Positions 1 through 10,002 of a DNA stretch of 63,738 nt are shown piece after piece. The translations under genes were made by a program, and so were the position numbers. The DNA comes from Polyangiaceae bacterium (lineage in GTDB: Bacteria > Myxococcota_A > Polyangia > Polyangiales > Polyangiaceae). Every line of letters begins with the position of its first letter. Positions within the stretch are counted from its first letter, which is position 1. The notes below the pieces were generated by a model. That model was not told the DNA's origin and did no database searches. It saw nothing but the letters and a program-made list of their open reading frames with translations. Location: positions 1-63,738 of the forward strand of contig JBGANF010000037.1 in assembly GCA_044222475.1 (NCBI GenBank). The letters run 5' to 3'.

Positions 1-706
1 CGATCCGCTCGCGCGTCAACACGTTGCCCTGCTTTCGCACCCGTACGAGCCACTGATCCTCGCCCTGCTCGCCGACGGGCGCGAGGAGGATGCCCCCGTC
101 GGCGAGCTGGTCGGTGAGGGCTTTCGGAATCTCGGGCGGCGCAGCGGTGACGATGATGCGATCGAACGGAGCGTGCTCCGGCCAACCCGCGTACCCGTCG
201 CCGATGCGCACGTGGACGTTCGCATGGCCGAGGTCGCGGAGGATGCGCGTCGAGCGCTCACCGAGCTCGGGCACGATCTCGATCGAGTAGACCTCGGCCG
301 CGAGGAGCGAGAGGATCGCCGCTTGATATCCCGAGCCCGTCCCGATCTCGAGGACGCGATGATTTGGCAGGATTTCCAGGGCCTCCGTCATCTCGGCGAC
401 GAGGCTCGGCTGCGAGATCGTCTGACCGTGCGCGATCGGATACGGCGCGTCGCGGTACGCGTCGTCGAGCGAAGCCTCGGGCACGAAGAGGTGACGCGGC
501 ACCTTGCGCATCGCGTCGAGAACTCGGGGCGATTTCGCGTAGCCGCTGACCTCGATCGTCTGGACCAGCACCTCGCGTCGCGCCTGGGCATCCTTCGTGT
601 CGCGCTCGGACGCGCTCGGCGCGGCGTCGACCGTCGTGGGCAGCGCCGGCTTGGTGCACGACCACGCCACGAGCGCGATCCCGAGGAGGCGAACGACCGA
701 TGCCAT
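1..706 (-). CDS. pcm: Protein-L-isoaspartate O-methyltransferase (3' end beyond window), with N-terminal signal-like peptide
   Basis: Manual minus-strand translation from ATG 706: MASVVRLLGIALVAWSC...VLDAMRKVPRHLFVP...IAHGQTISQP...VLEIGTGSGYQAAIL, the hallmark PCMT motifs. Absent from the ORF track because no stop lies in the window. Confidence 0.93.
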   Translation of the reverse strand, partial: MASVVRLLGIALVAWSCTKPALPTTVDAAPSASERDTKDAQARREVLVQTIEVSGYAKSPRVLDAMRKVPRHLFVPEASLDDAYRDAPYPIAHGQTISQPSLVAEMTEALEILPNHRVLEIGTGSGYQAAILSLLAAEVYSIEIVPELGERSTRILRDLGHANVHVRIGDGYAGWPEHAPFDRIIVTAAPPEIPKALTDQLADGGILLAPVGEQGEDQWLVRVRKQGNVLTRERI

Positions 707-711
707 GCCCC

Positions 712-1521
712 TCACGGATGCGAAGTTCGTGCCGTCTCGTGGGCCTGGAACGCCCGCCGGTCCGCGGCGAGCAGCACCAGCGCGAGGACGACGAAGCCCA
801 CCGTGTGCACGATCGCCGGGGTCACGTTGCCCGGCAGTGGCCGGTTCGAGTTGTTCAAGTGGGCGCCGACGTGCGCGAGCACCGCGAGGAGCAAGCTGCC
901 TCCCGTGCGGTTCCAGATCCAGGTGAAGAACACGCTTCCCGCCACGAAGAACGGCGCCAGCGCGGGGAGCATCCACCACGGCAGCCCGGCAAGATCGAAC
1001 ATCGCCGCGTGCCACGCGCACCAGAGCAAACCGAGGATCACGCTCGCCCCCAACGGACCGAAGCGCGCTTGCAGGCGCGGCTGCGCGAAGCCGCGCCAAC
1101 CGATCTCTTCGCCGATCGGAAACACCACGAGCGCGACGATGCGCGGCGCTTCGTTCGGCGGGTACCACCACGGCCCGGCGTCGTGGCCGAACGTGGAGTA
1201 GACGGCCATGCCGCCCGTGAAGACGACGCCCGAGCCGAGCAGCGCGATCGCGTACCAAATTGGGCTCACTCGCCAGATCCCGAGCTGACGAAACAGCGCG
1301 CGTACTCCGCCCGGCTCGCGGCGCGCGACGAGGATCGCGGCGAACGTCGGTCCGAGCGCTCCGAGCCCGGTGAGCGGCATGAAGCGCTCGAACGGACCGG
1401 CGATCACTCCGTGGAACGCGAGCACCGCCGGCGCTTGCAGGAGCCACGTGATCGCGAAGGCGAGGATGAAGAAGAGGAGGGCGCCGCGTCCCGAATTGGT
1501 ACCGGCGGAGGGCGCCGTCAT
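712..1521 (-). CDS. CPBP (CAAX/Abi) family intramembrane glutamic metalloprotease
   Basis: EEIGWRG, WCAWH and HVGAHLNN motifs; multiple TM helices. Confidence 0.9.
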   Translation of the reverse strand: MTAPSAGTNSGRGALLFFILAFAITWLLQAPAVLAFHGVIAGPFERFMPLTGLGALGPTFAAILVARREPGGVRALFRQLGIWRVSPIWYAIALLGSGVVFTGGMAVYSTFGHDAGPWWYPPNEAPRIVALVVFPIGEEIGWRGFAQPRLQARFGPLGASVILGLLWCAWHAAMFDLAGLPWWMLPALAPFFVAGSVFFTWIWNRTGGSLLLAVLAHVGAHLNNSNRPLPGNVTPAIVHTVGFVVLALVLLAADRRAFQAHETARTSHP

Positions 1522-2384
1522 TCGGCTCCTTCGAAGTCAGCCTCGGCGGCGATGTACGGCACGTAGCGAAAGTCGCGGATGGAGGAGACCCGCCCGCCCT
1601 CCCAGTCGAGGAGGATGAAGTAAGCGGGCTTCTCTGCGCCGTTCACGTGGGCGGCGAACGCGAGTTGGCCTTCGAGGCGGACGACCCGAAGCGTGACGTT
1701 CTCGTTCTCGTAGCGACCGAAATACATTCCGACGGCTTTTCCACGACGCTGCGACTTCGACACGAGATCGAGCCGGCAGTCGTCACCGACGAGCGCGCGT
1801 ACGGCGTCCCAGTCCCGCGCGTTGAAGGCCGTGGCGTACCGATCGAGGTCGCGGCGCTTGGCGGCGTCGATCGACGACCCCTCGCTTTGCTCCGTGCGGA
1901 GCCCGGCCCGACCGCGAACGAGAGCTGCTTTGACTGCCATGACGGTCGTCCCCATCGTCTCGGCGGTCTCTTCGAGCGAGTGGCCGAGGACGTCTTTCAA
2001 GATCACCGCGCTCCGCTGCGTGAGCGGAAGCGAGAGAAACCGCGCGAGCGCGGCGCGAACGATCGCCGGATCGGGCTTTTCGTCCCACCCGGCGACGTCG
2101 TCGAGCTCCGCCCGTACGTCCGTGAGCTTGCGCCCGTGGCTTCGCAGGAAGTCGATCGCGGCGTTGTGCGCGATCTTGAAGAGCCACGGCCGCAGCGGCG
2201 GCACCTCGGGCGCGAGGCTCATGGCGTAGAAGGCCTTCGCGAGCGTCTCCTGAACGATGTCCTCGCCCTCGATCACCGAGCCCGTGAGCCGCGCGCAGTA
2301 GCGATGCAGCTCGGGTCGAATCGAGTCGACCAGAGCGAGGAACTGCTCCCGGGCGCGGGCGAGATCGGGCGGGGTCTCGGTCAT
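1518..2384 (-). CDS. ECF sigma-70 factor with C-terminal SnoaL-like extension
   Basis: Region 2 (GEDIVQET...PWLFKIAHNAAIDFLR), region 4 (VKAALVRGRA), C-terminal FNARDWDAV...IRDF. Start set at MTETPP, overlapping the upstream stop. Confidence 0.88.
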   Translation of the reverse strand: MTETPPDLARAREQFLALVDSIRPELHRYCARLTGSVIEGEDIVQETLAKAFYAMSLAPEVPPLRPWLFKIAHNAAIDFLRSHGRKLTDVRAELDDVAGWDEKPDPAIVRAALARFLSLPLTQRSAVILKDVLGHSLEETAETMGTTVMAVKAALVRGRAGLRTEQSEGSSIDAAKRRDLDRYATAFNARDWDAVRALVGDDCRLDLVSKSQRRGKAVGMYFGRYENENVTLRVVRLEGQLAFAAHVNGAEKPAYFILLDWEGGRVSSIRDFRYVPYIAAEADFEGAE

Positions 2385-2671
2385 GGAAAGGAGTGAGCGA
2401 CGGTAGCATCCGTCGACACCGGCGGATCGACGCAGCGGTCCGCGACGTCGGCGGTGAAGGCCTTGAACGCGCTGAGCGAGACCAGCGGGTTTCCCGGGAC
2501 GCTCACCCGCGCGAGGTGCACGAAGCTGACGCCATCGGCGAGCTTCCACGCCTCGTAGCGCAGCCCCTCGGGCTTCTCCTCCTGGAGCTGAGCGAAGACG
2601 CGCGCGAGCAGCGCCTCGTGCTCGGTGACGCGGTCGGCCTTCAGCTTGTAGCGAACGATGACGTGTCTCAT
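2381..2671 (-). CDS. Small hypothetical protein, possible dimeric alpha/beta barrel (ABM-like)
   Basis: 96-aa ORF with 4-nt overlaps to both neighbours; VRYKLK...DGVSFVH pattern. Confidence 0.65.
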   Translation of the reverse strand: MRHVIVRYKLKADRVTEHEALLARVFAQLQEEKPEGLRYEAWKLADGVSFVHLARVSVPGNPLVSLSAFKAFTADVADRCVDPPVSTDATVAHSFP

Positions 2672-3132
2672 GACGGCTTCCTCTCGGCTTCGCGTTTCAG
2701 ATCCTTCGCGTACTGCTCGAACACTGGGACGAAATCGGGGAGGCTCCCTTTGATCATCGGGAGCATGATGCCGCTGAACACCTCGACCATCGAGAAGTCG
2801 GTCGTTCCGTCCTCACGCGGCGTGAGGGTGAACGTGCGCTCCCCGCGGAACATCGGCGCCATGCCGTCACCCCAGACCATGCGCGACTCCGGCACGAGCT
2901 CGATGACCTTCGGGGTGAACGTGCGCTCGGAGACCGGCACCTCGAGCTTCAGCTTGTTTCCCTTCGCGATCTCGCCGGTGATCGACGTCACGGTGGAGTT
3001 CCAGCGCGGGAAATCCGCGGCGTTGGTGAGGAGGGCCCAGATCACCTTCGGGCTCGCTGCGATGTTGCAGCGGACCGAGCACTCCATGCGAAACGTCGAG
3101 CTCGTCTTGGAAGCCATCGATTCTGCGTTCAT
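2668..3132 (-). CDS. SRPBCC (polyketide cyclase-like) domain protein
   Basis: IAASPKVIWALLTNAADFPRWN...LKREAE; GAGG RBS before ATG 3132. Confidence 0.85.
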   Translation of the reverse strand: MNAESMASKTSSTFRMECSVRCNIAASPKVIWALLTNAADFPRWNSTVTSITGEIAKGNKLKLEVPVSERTFTPKVIELVPESRMVWGDGMAPMFRGERTFTLTPREDGTTDFSMVEVFSGIMLPMIKGSLPDFVPVFEQYAKDLKREAERKPS

Positions 3133-3200
3133 GTCCTCACCACGTTCCACGGGATCGAAAGGATGCGGAGCGGCTGCGAATTTTCGTACCCTGCCTCGAG

Positions 3201-5351
3201 ATGAAGCCCACCCCCGCGAAATCGCGGTTACCGGCGGCCGTGGCCGCCCTCGCAGTGGCGCTCGCGACGTTTCTCCTCTTTCAGCCCCTGTTCCTGGGCA
3301 TCCTACGGGGGGAGCCGCGTTTCTTCGAGTGGGACGTTCCCGAGCAGTATTGGGGCGACCTCGTCTTCCTTTGCCGATCGCTGCATCACGGCGTGCTCCC
3401 GTACTGGAACCCGTTCGATCGGGGTGGCTATCCCTACTACGCCGACCCTCAGGCGGCGGCGTACCACCCGCTCGCGTGGGGCATCTGCGCGGTGGCGGGC
3501 GAGTCGCCCGGCCTCTCGTGGCAGGAGGCGCGCGTCGTCCTCGGCTTCGTGTGCGCAGGGTCGTTCGGTCTCGCGTGGCTTCGTCGTCTCGGCGCGAGCT
3601 GGGCAGCCGCGGCGATCGGAGCCGTCGTGATCGAGGCGGCGCCGTTCATGCGCCACAACTGGGAGCTCAACCTCACCGCCGCTCTCGGTTGGCTCCCGAT
3701 GGTGCTGTGGGCGCTCGAGCGCGCGCTCACGCTGCGTCGCGCGCAGGACGCGGCGTTGCTCGCGCTCGCCGAGGCGCTGCTCGTCTGGTCGGGGTCGCCG
3801 CCGGTGACGTGGTTCGCGGGGAGCTTCACCGCGCTGTACGCGTTGGGTCGCATCGTCGAGATTGGGCGAAGCGAAGGTCGCGGAGCGCTTCGAGTCGTCG
3901 CACCCCGCCTCGCGCTGGCCGTCGTGCTCGCGCTCGGGTTGTCCGCCGTGGTGCTCGTACCGGGGCTCGGGCTCGCGAAGCACAGCGTTCAAGCCGGTCG
4001 ATCGTATGCGTCGCTGGCCGAAGGCGGGCTCACCCTCGAGGATGCGACCGCTCTCGTGTGGCCCCGGGATGGCAACCACCTCTACGTGGGCATCGTCGCG
4101 CTCGCGCTCGCGCCGCTCGCGTTCTTCCGCCGCGAGCGGATGCCCGGTCGCGTCGTCCTCGTCGTCTGCGCCGTGCTCGCGCTGCTGCTCGCGCTCGGCG
4201 ATCACGGTCCCCTCTTCCGGGCGGCGTTCGCCGTCGTGCCCGGAGTGAAGCTCTTCCGCCTGCCGCATCGGTACGAGTCGTGGCTCGGCCCCGCGTTCGG
4301 CGCGCTCGCGGCCGGCGGGTTCGACGCGGTGTACGAGCGCCTCTCGGAGCGCTTCGCTCGGCTGCGCGCTCCTGCCGTCGCATGCGCGACGTCGATCGTC
4401 GTCGTCGTCGTCATGATCCGCGACGTCTCACGCAAGATGCCACCCGAGCGCCACACGCGTCCGCGCCCTGCGCCGGGCGGGCCCGACGTCGCCGCGCGCG
4501 TGCTGCCGCGCGCACCGGACACCACCGTTCACTTCCGGTACCTCGACGAGTTCGGCATCTCGTGCCGATCGGGCACGCGCCTCGAGCATCGGGACTTTCG
4601 CGGCTACCAAGATCCGCTGATGCTCGAGGAGTACGAGAAGGTCATCGACTCGCTCGGCGAGCACCCGAGCCTCGCGATGCAGTTCAACGTTCGCTACGCG
4701 CTGACGGCGCCTCACTTCATTCACGGGTGGGATCACCACTACTTGCCGAAGCCCGCGGAGCTGCTCGGCCTGCCAGGTGCGATCGATCGCGGCGAAGGCG
4801 TGATCGAGCTCTCGACGGCGCTGCCACTCGCCTACGTCGTGCCCATGGCCGACGTCGATCACGTCGCGAGCCGCGACGACGCGCTCTCGCGGACCATCGA
4901 TCGTGCCCCGGCGTCCATCGCGATCATCGAAGACGGAACGGCCGAACGAGGAAGCGGGTCCACCGCGACGCTCGCATCGGCGGACGTCACGTCGTACGAG
5001 ACCGACGCGCTGAGCATCCACGCATCGTCCCCTGGCGACGCGATGCTCGTCGTCAACGAGACCTGGTACCCGGGTTGGCACGCCTGGGTCGACGGGAGCG
5101 AGGCGCCGATCGTCCGCGCGAACGGCCTCGTGCGAGCCGTCGCGATCGGGCCGGGCGATCACACGGTGACGATGCGCTTCGTACCGACCGACGGAGTGCG
5201 TCTGAGGTGGCTCCTCCTCGGATCGTGGATCGCGGTGCTGGCGATCTTCGCGTGGCCCGCGATCAAGCGTCTGCGTGATCGGTCGCGCTCTCGCGCCGCG
5301 GTGCCCGAGCCACCGGCTCCACCCCCCGCACCAGCCGACGGATCCGAGTGA
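3201..5351 (+). CDS. YfhO-family polytopic membrane protein (putative GT-C glycosyltransferase)
   Basis: LPYWNP...GGYPYYADPQ N-terminus, FRLPHRY, C-terminal ETWYPGWHAWVDG...RANGLVRAV...GDHTVTMRF. Confidence 0.85.
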   Translation: MKPTPAKSRLPAAVAALAVALATFLLFQPLFLGILRGEPRFFEWDVPEQYWGDLVFLCRSLHHGVLPYWNPFDRGGYPYYADPQAAAYHPLAWGICAVAGESPGLSWQEARVVLGFVCAGSFGLAWLRRLGASWAAAAIGAVVIEAAPFMRHNWELNLTAALGWLPMVLWALERALTLRRAQDAALLALAEALLVWSGSPPVTWFAGSFTALYALGRIVEIGRSEGRGALRVVAPRLALAVVLALGLSAVVLVPGLGLAKHSVQAGRSYASLAEGGLTLEDATALVWPRDGNHLYVGIVALALAPLAFFRRERMPGRVVLVVCAVLALLLALGDHGPLFRAAFAVVPGVKLFRLPHRYESWLGPAFGALAAGGFDAVYERLSERFARLRAPAVACATSIVVVVVMIRDVSRKMPPERHTRPRPAPGGPDVAARVLPRAPDTTVHFRYLDEFGISCRSGTRLEHRDFRGYQDPLMLEEYEKVIDSLGEHPSLAMQFNVRYALTAPHFIHGWDHHYLPKPAELLGLPGAIDRGEGVIELSTALPLAYVVPMADVDHVASRDDALSRTIDRAPASIAIIEDGTAERGSGSTATLASADVTSYETDALSIHASSPGDAMLVVNETWYPGWHAWVDGSEAPIVRANGLVRAVAIGPGDHTVTMRFVPTDGVRLRWLLLGSWIAVLAIFAWPAIKRLRDRSRSRAAVPEPPAPPPAPADGSE

Positions 5352-6030
5352 GGTCGTAGAGCATCGCGAGCGACGCTCGCGGGACGTCGAGCTTCGAGCC
5401 CGGCGCGTCGGTCCACTCGACCGGAACGTCGACGACCTTCCACCCTTGGCGCCCGGCGATGGAGAGCACCTCGCAGTCGAACGCGAACCCGTCGAGCCTC
5501 TGATGCTCGAAGATCGCGCGCGCCGCGTCGCGATGAAACGCCTTGATGCCGCACTGAGAGTCTTTCACGTCGAGCCCGACGATGGCGCGCACGAGCAGGT
5601 TGAAGCCAAGGCTGACGAAGCGCCGCTTCAGGCTGCGCTCGACTCGGCTCTCTTCGTATCCGCGCGACCCAGCGGCGACGTCGGCACCTCGAGCGATCGC
5701 GTCGACGAGCTTCACGAGCTCGGACGGAGGTGCGCTGCCATCGGCGTCGTAGAACGCGAGGACCTCTCCGTCGGCGTCGAGGATGCCGCTGCGAACGGCG
5801 TGACCCTTTCCGCGGTTGTGATCGAAGCGGATCAGCCGAATCGGGATCCGCGACGTCGCAGCCGCCCGCTCCACCACCGACCGCGTCGCATCGCGCGAGC
5901 CGTCGTCGACGACGACGATCTCCGAAGCGAACGTCCTCGCGGCGAGGTACTCGGCGAGCAGGTCGAGGGTGCGGCCGATGCGGCGCTCCTCGTCGAACGC
6001 CGGGATGACGACCGAGAGATGGGGTCTCAA
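5263..6030 (-). CDS. GT2 glycosyltransferase (dolichyl/polyprenyl-phosphate glycosyltransferase type)
   Basis: SVVIPAFDEE, VVDDGSRD, NRGKGHAV, YDADG, DSQCGIKAF, FAFDCE. Confidence 0.92.
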   Translation of the reverse strand: MRPHLSVVIPAFDEERRIGRTLDLLAEYLAARTFASEIVVVDDGSRDATRSVVERAAATSRIPIRLIRFDHNRGKGHAVRSGILDADGEVLAFYDADGSAPPSELVKLVDAIARGADVAAGSRGYEESRVERSLKRRFVSLGFNLLVRAIVGLDVKDSQCGIKAFHRDAARAIFEHQRLDGFAFDCEVLSIAGRQGWKVVDVPVEWTDAPGSKLDVPRASLAMLYDLTRIRRLVRGVEPVARAPRRESATDHADA

Positions 6031-6193
6031 TTCAGGCCGTCTTTCTCGCTTCTCCGCAGACTACGTCGACGATACCTCAACGCTTCCCGTGGCCCATGGA
6101 TCACCGAGAATCCAGACACACACGCGCCCCGAAAAAAAACGATCCAGGCGGAATATTGCGACATGCCGGTACAGGTGCGGCCATACCTCGTAC

Positions 6194-7327
6194 ATGCACA
6201 CCTCTCGGCTTGGGTTCGCGCTGGTCCCCGCTCTCGCGCTTTCGCTCGCCGCGTGTGGAGGTGCGGACGACAGCATCTTCCCCGATGGCGGCGGCGGCGG
6301 TGACGGCTCGCCCTTCGGCGACTCGGGCTTCAACATCGGCGACGGAGGAAACGCCGACGGCTCGCTCGACCCCGACGCTGCATGTGGAGCTACGGTGCAG
6401 ACCGCGAACAAAGGTCAGGTCGACATCATCTTCGTCATCGACACCTCCGGGAGCATGACCGAGGAGGTCGTGCAGACGAAGACGAACATCAACGGCTTCG
6501 CCACGACGATCGGCCAGAGCGGGCTCGACTATCAAGTCATCATGATCGCCGCGCGTGGAACGGGCGGCCTGCAGATCTGCGTGCCACCGCCCCTCGGCGG
6601 CGCGAACTGCGCCGACAACCCGCCGCTCTTTCATCACATCAACCAATCCGTCGCGAGCACGAACTCGCTGTCCCTCGCGCTCTCCACGTACGACTCGGCG
6701 AACGCCGCGCTGAACTGGTCGAAGTACCTCCGGCCCACCGCGACCAAGGTCTTCATCGAGATCACCGACGACAACTCGTCCCTCGCGTTCACGAGCTTCG
6801 ACACGCAGCTGCTCGCGAAGGCACCGGCGGGCATGTTCGGCACCGCGCAGGACCGCAAGTACATCTTCGACAGCATCTGCGGCTGGCTCGACCCCAGCGC
6901 GATCCTCAGCAACACGAAGTGCCCCTCGGCGGTGAACATCGGGGCCGCGTATCAGAACCTCAGCGTGCTCACGAAGGGCATCGTCGATTCGGTCTGCAAG
7001 ACGAGCTACCAAGGCGTCTTCCAGAACATCGCGAAGGGCGTCGCCGGCAAGCTGGGCTGTCAGTTCGACATGCCGAAGAGCAACGGCAACCCGATCGATC
7101 CGAACAAGGTCGTCGTGCGCTTCACGCCCGGCAACGGACCGGCGAAGAACCTGACCCAGGTGACCGACGCGTCCAAGTGCACGCAGTTCCCGGACGCCTG
7201 GTACTACGACAACAACACGACCCCGACGAAGATCCTGCTCTGCAGCGGAGCGTGCGCGACCGTCGGCGCCGACACGGCGGGCAAGATCGAGATCGTCGCG
7301 GGGTGCGCGTCCGACCCGCCGAAGTAG
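6194..7327 (+). CDS. vWA-domain lipoprotein
   Basis: Lipobox LAAC; MIDAS motif DIIFVIDTSGSM; Cys-rich C-terminus. Confidence 0.82.
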   Translation: MHTSRLGFALVPALALSLAACGGADDSIFPDGGGGGDGSPFGDSGFNIGDGGNADGSLDPDAACGATVQTANKGQVDIIFVIDTSGSMTEEVVQTKTNINGFATTIGQSGLDYQVIMIAARGTGGLQICVPPPLGGANCADNPPLFHHINQSVASTNSLSLALSTYDSANAALNWSKYLRPTATKVFIEITDDNSSLAFTSFDTQLLAKAPAGMFGTAQDRKYIFDSICGWLDPSAILSNTKCPSAVNIGAAYQNLSVLTKGIVDSVCKTSYQGVFQNIAKGVAGKLGCQFDMPKSNGNPIDPNKVVVRFTPGNGPAKNLTQVTDASKCTQFPDAWYYDNNTTPTKILLCSGACATVGADTAGKIEIVAGCASDPPK

Positions 7328-7343
7328 GTGCTACCGTGATCGC

Positions 7344-8816
7344 GTGGCGCGTCGTCGGCCCAGCCTCCTCGTCCTCGCGCTGGCGGTAGCTCCGGCGCTC
7401 GGGCTCGTCGCGTCGGCGTGCCGCGAGCCGACCCAGATCTCGATCGAGCTCACGTCGAACGCGTGCGCCAGTCTGACCGAGACCGGCATCGCCGTCGGGC
7501 CGCCCGGTGCGCTCGGCGTCGGGACGTTCTCCGCGACCCAAGCGGGGTGTCCGAGTGCCGGCGTCATCGGCTCGATCGCGCTCACCCCGAGCGGCAAGCG
7601 AGACGACGTCGTCGCCATCGAGGTCACTGCCGGCCTCGGCAAGAGCCCCTCGGCGTGCGTGCGCGCCGATCCCAAGTGCATCGTCGCGCGCCGCGTGGTG
7701 GGCTTCATCGAGCACACGCCCCTCGTGCTGCCGATCGCGCTCGATCTGTCGTGCGCAGGCGTCGCCTGCGACGACCCGTCGACGACGTGCCTGGCGGGTG
7801 CGTGTGTTCCCGCGAAGGTGGAGTGTCCGACGACGACGTGCGGGCTCGGCGGCTTCGTCCCCGATGCTGCCGTCGACGCGGTCTCCGAGGTGGGAGCGGA
7901 CGTGACCGCCGACGCGGGGACGCTGGACGCGGGGCGTACGACGGTGACTCTCGCCACCGGCGAGGTCGGCCCCGCCGGGATCGTGGTCGATGCCACCGAC
8001 GTGTACTTCACGAACTTCAAGTCCAACAACGGGTCCGTCCGCCGTTGTCCCAAAACGGGATGTGGGACGTCGACCGTCGTCGGCCCGAACCAGCCCGGCG
8101 CGTTCGACATCGTGGGCGACGGCACCAACGTCTACTGGACGACGTTCAACGGCACGAGCGACCAGGTCGCCCGCGCGCTGAAACCGAACGGACCGCTGAA
8201 CGCGCTCGCCACCGGGTTGACGAGCGCCTACGGGATCACGATGTCCGGCACCGACTTGTATTGGACGCTCAACAACGGGGCCACCAGCACGGTGTCGCGC
8301 TGCAAGGCGGCCGGTTGCTCCAACCTGCCCACGCCCGTCGCGATCAATCAGAACGGTGCCGCCGGGATCGCCGCCGACGCCACCGACGTGTACTGGGCCA
8401 ACACGTACGGCGGCGAGATCATGCACTGCGCCCCTCCTTGCGCGGCGCTGCCGAACTCCTTCGCGAAGAGCCAAACCTATCCACTCTTCGTCGCGCTGGA
8501 TTCCACCAACGTGTACTGGACCAACTACACCGGTGGCACCGTCGTCACGTGCCCCCGAGCCAGCTGCGGGACGCCGACGGTCCTCGCTTCGGGCCAGAGC
8601 CAGCCGCGAGCGATCACGGTGGACGCGACCGACGTGTTCTGGACCACCACCGGCACCAACGGAACGATCATGAAGTGCAAGAAGACCGGGTGCGGTGGTC
8701 AGCCGACGACGCTGGCCGACAACCAGAACGGTCCGTACGGGATCGCGGTGGACGCGACGAGCGTCTACTGGACCAACTTCGGAGCCGGCACCGTGGTGAA
8801 GCTCACACCCAAGTGA
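7344..8816 (+). CDS. Lipoprotein with C-terminal beta-propeller (VD-x3-VYWTN repeats)
   Basis: Signal ending ASAC; about seven IAVDATxVYW-type repeats with Cys pairs. Confidence 0.8.
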   Translation: MARRRPSLLVLALAVAPALGLVASACREPTQISIELTSNACASLTETGIAVGPPGALGVGTFSATQAGCPSAGVIGSIALTPSGKRDDVVAIEVTAGLGKSPSACVRADPKCIVARRVVGFIEHTPLVLPIALDLSCAGVACDDPSTTCLAGACVPAKVECPTTTCGLGGFVPDAAVDAVSEVGADVTADAGTLDAGRTTVTLATGEVGPAGIVVDATDVYFTNFKSNNGSVRRCPKTGCGTSTVVGPNQPGAFDIVGDGTNVYWTTFNGTSDQVARALKPNGPLNALATGLTSAYGITMSGTDLYWTLNNGATSTVSRCKAAGCSNLPTPVAINQNGAAGIAADATDVYWANTYGGEIMHCAPPCAALPNSFAKSQTYPLFVALDSTNVYWTNYTGGTVVTCPRASCGTPTVLASGQSQPRAITVDATDVFWTTTGTNGTIMKCKKTGCGGQPTTLADNQNGPYGIAVDATSVYWTNFGAGTVVKLTPK

Positions 8817-8824
8817 GCGGTGAG

Positions 8825-9961
8825 TCAGTCCTCGTCCGGCGGGGCGACCGGTTCGGGCGGTAGGCCCGGCGGATCACTCGTGATCTGCGCCAGCGGATCG
8901 TTGTCGGTGCGGTTCACGTCCCACGCGAACTCGGGCCGCACGTTTCCGTCCACCGCGCGATCGGTCCAATAGTCGTTCTGCCGCACGCGACGGCGAACCT
9001 CCAGCGGGGCCTCGGACGCGTGCTTCACCCACGCCTCGACCGCCGGTCGAATGGCCTTCGCCATCGCTTGCAGGTCGGGCGGGCGACCGTCGCGGACGCC
9101 GCTCGCCTGGAACCCGACCTCGGCGAACTGCCAGTGCTCGAGGCCCAGCTCGACGTCCCACCACGCCGCGGACCGGCCGTTCTTCGTCTCTTCGGCGGCT
9201 TGGTACCCGCGGATGAGCGTGCGCAGGGCCGGGAACGCGTCCCGCACGACGGCTGCGATCACCGGGCGCCTTCGATCGAGGACGGCGACGACCGCGTTCC
9301 ACCGGCCCGGTGCGCTCCGGAAGCCATCCTCCTTGAAGTCCCCGTTCGAAAGGTACTCGTTGAGGTCTTTGGACTTCGCCTCGAGCTCGCGGTCGATCGC
9401 TGCCCACGATCGCAACGCGTCGCGGGCGGGCGCCGGAACGGCGTCGTCCTTGGCGAGCGCGTCCGCCTCCGAGCCGCACTGCGGGTCCGGCGCTCGGAAC
9501 GAGTAGCCCATCGATTCGGTCCATTGCGTGGGGCCTTTGCTGCGAGCCGATGCCTCGCCGAGCTCGGCGTTGCGGATGCACGGCTCGAGCTTCACGAGTG
9601 GGTGCCACCGATCGCGCAGCGCGTTTCGCTCGGCGACCGCCTGCTGGTACGCCTCGCGTTGGCGCTCGTACGTTCGATTCTTGTGAACGATGAACCCGAC
9701 GAATCCTCCGACTGCGGCCGCCGCGATCACGCCCCAGACGATCTTCGTCCGTAGAGCGCGCCGCTCGTCGGTTCCGACGTTGGGCATTCGCTGGGTCGGA
9801 GGCGGGTCCTCCTCCTTGACCGCCTTCTTCGCCGGCTTCGGGTTCCTGAGCTCGTCGTTCTCGCGCTTCAGCGCCTCGCGCTCCGCCTTCACCTCTTCGA
9901 GCTCACGAGCGAGGGCGTCCGCCCGGGCTCGGGCCGCTTCGGTGTCGTCGCGGTGCGGCAT
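8825..9961 (-). CDS. Hypothetical membrane-anchored helical protein (coiled coil, one TM, possible DUF3829-like region)
   Basis: N-terminal coiled coil, TM IVWGVIAAAAVGGFVGFIV, LNEYLSNGDFKEDGF motif. Confidence 0.6.
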   Translation of the reverse strand: MPHRDDTEAARARADALARELEEVKAEREALKRENDELRNPKPAKKAVKEEDPPPTQRMPNVGTDERRALRTKIVWGVIAAAAVGGFVGFIVHKNRTYERQREAYQQAVAERNALRDRWHPLVKLEPCIRNAELGEASARSKGPTQWTESMGYSFRAPDPQCGSEADALAKDDAVPAPARDALRSWAAIDRELEAKSKDLNEYLSNGDFKEDGFRSAPGRWNAVVAVLDRRRPVIAAVVRDAFPALRTLIRGYQAAEETKNGRSAAWWDVELGLEHWQFAEVGFQASGVRDGRPPDLQAMAKAIRPAVEAWVKHASEAPLEVRRRVRQNDYWTDRAVDGNVRPEFAWDVNRTDNDPLAQITSDPPGLPPEPVAPPDED

Positions 9962-10002
9962 CGCGCGAGCATAGCCGAAGACGAGCTACGATCGCCCGGC
10001 GC

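Noticed and set aside
2393..5278. 961-aa ORF and many other long overlapping or antisense ORFs (e.g. 10678-12894, 27265-29475, 46960-49158)
   Set aside because: Arg/Ala/Gly-rich shadow frames expected in high-GC DNA; they overlap motif-supported genes and carry no motifs of their own.
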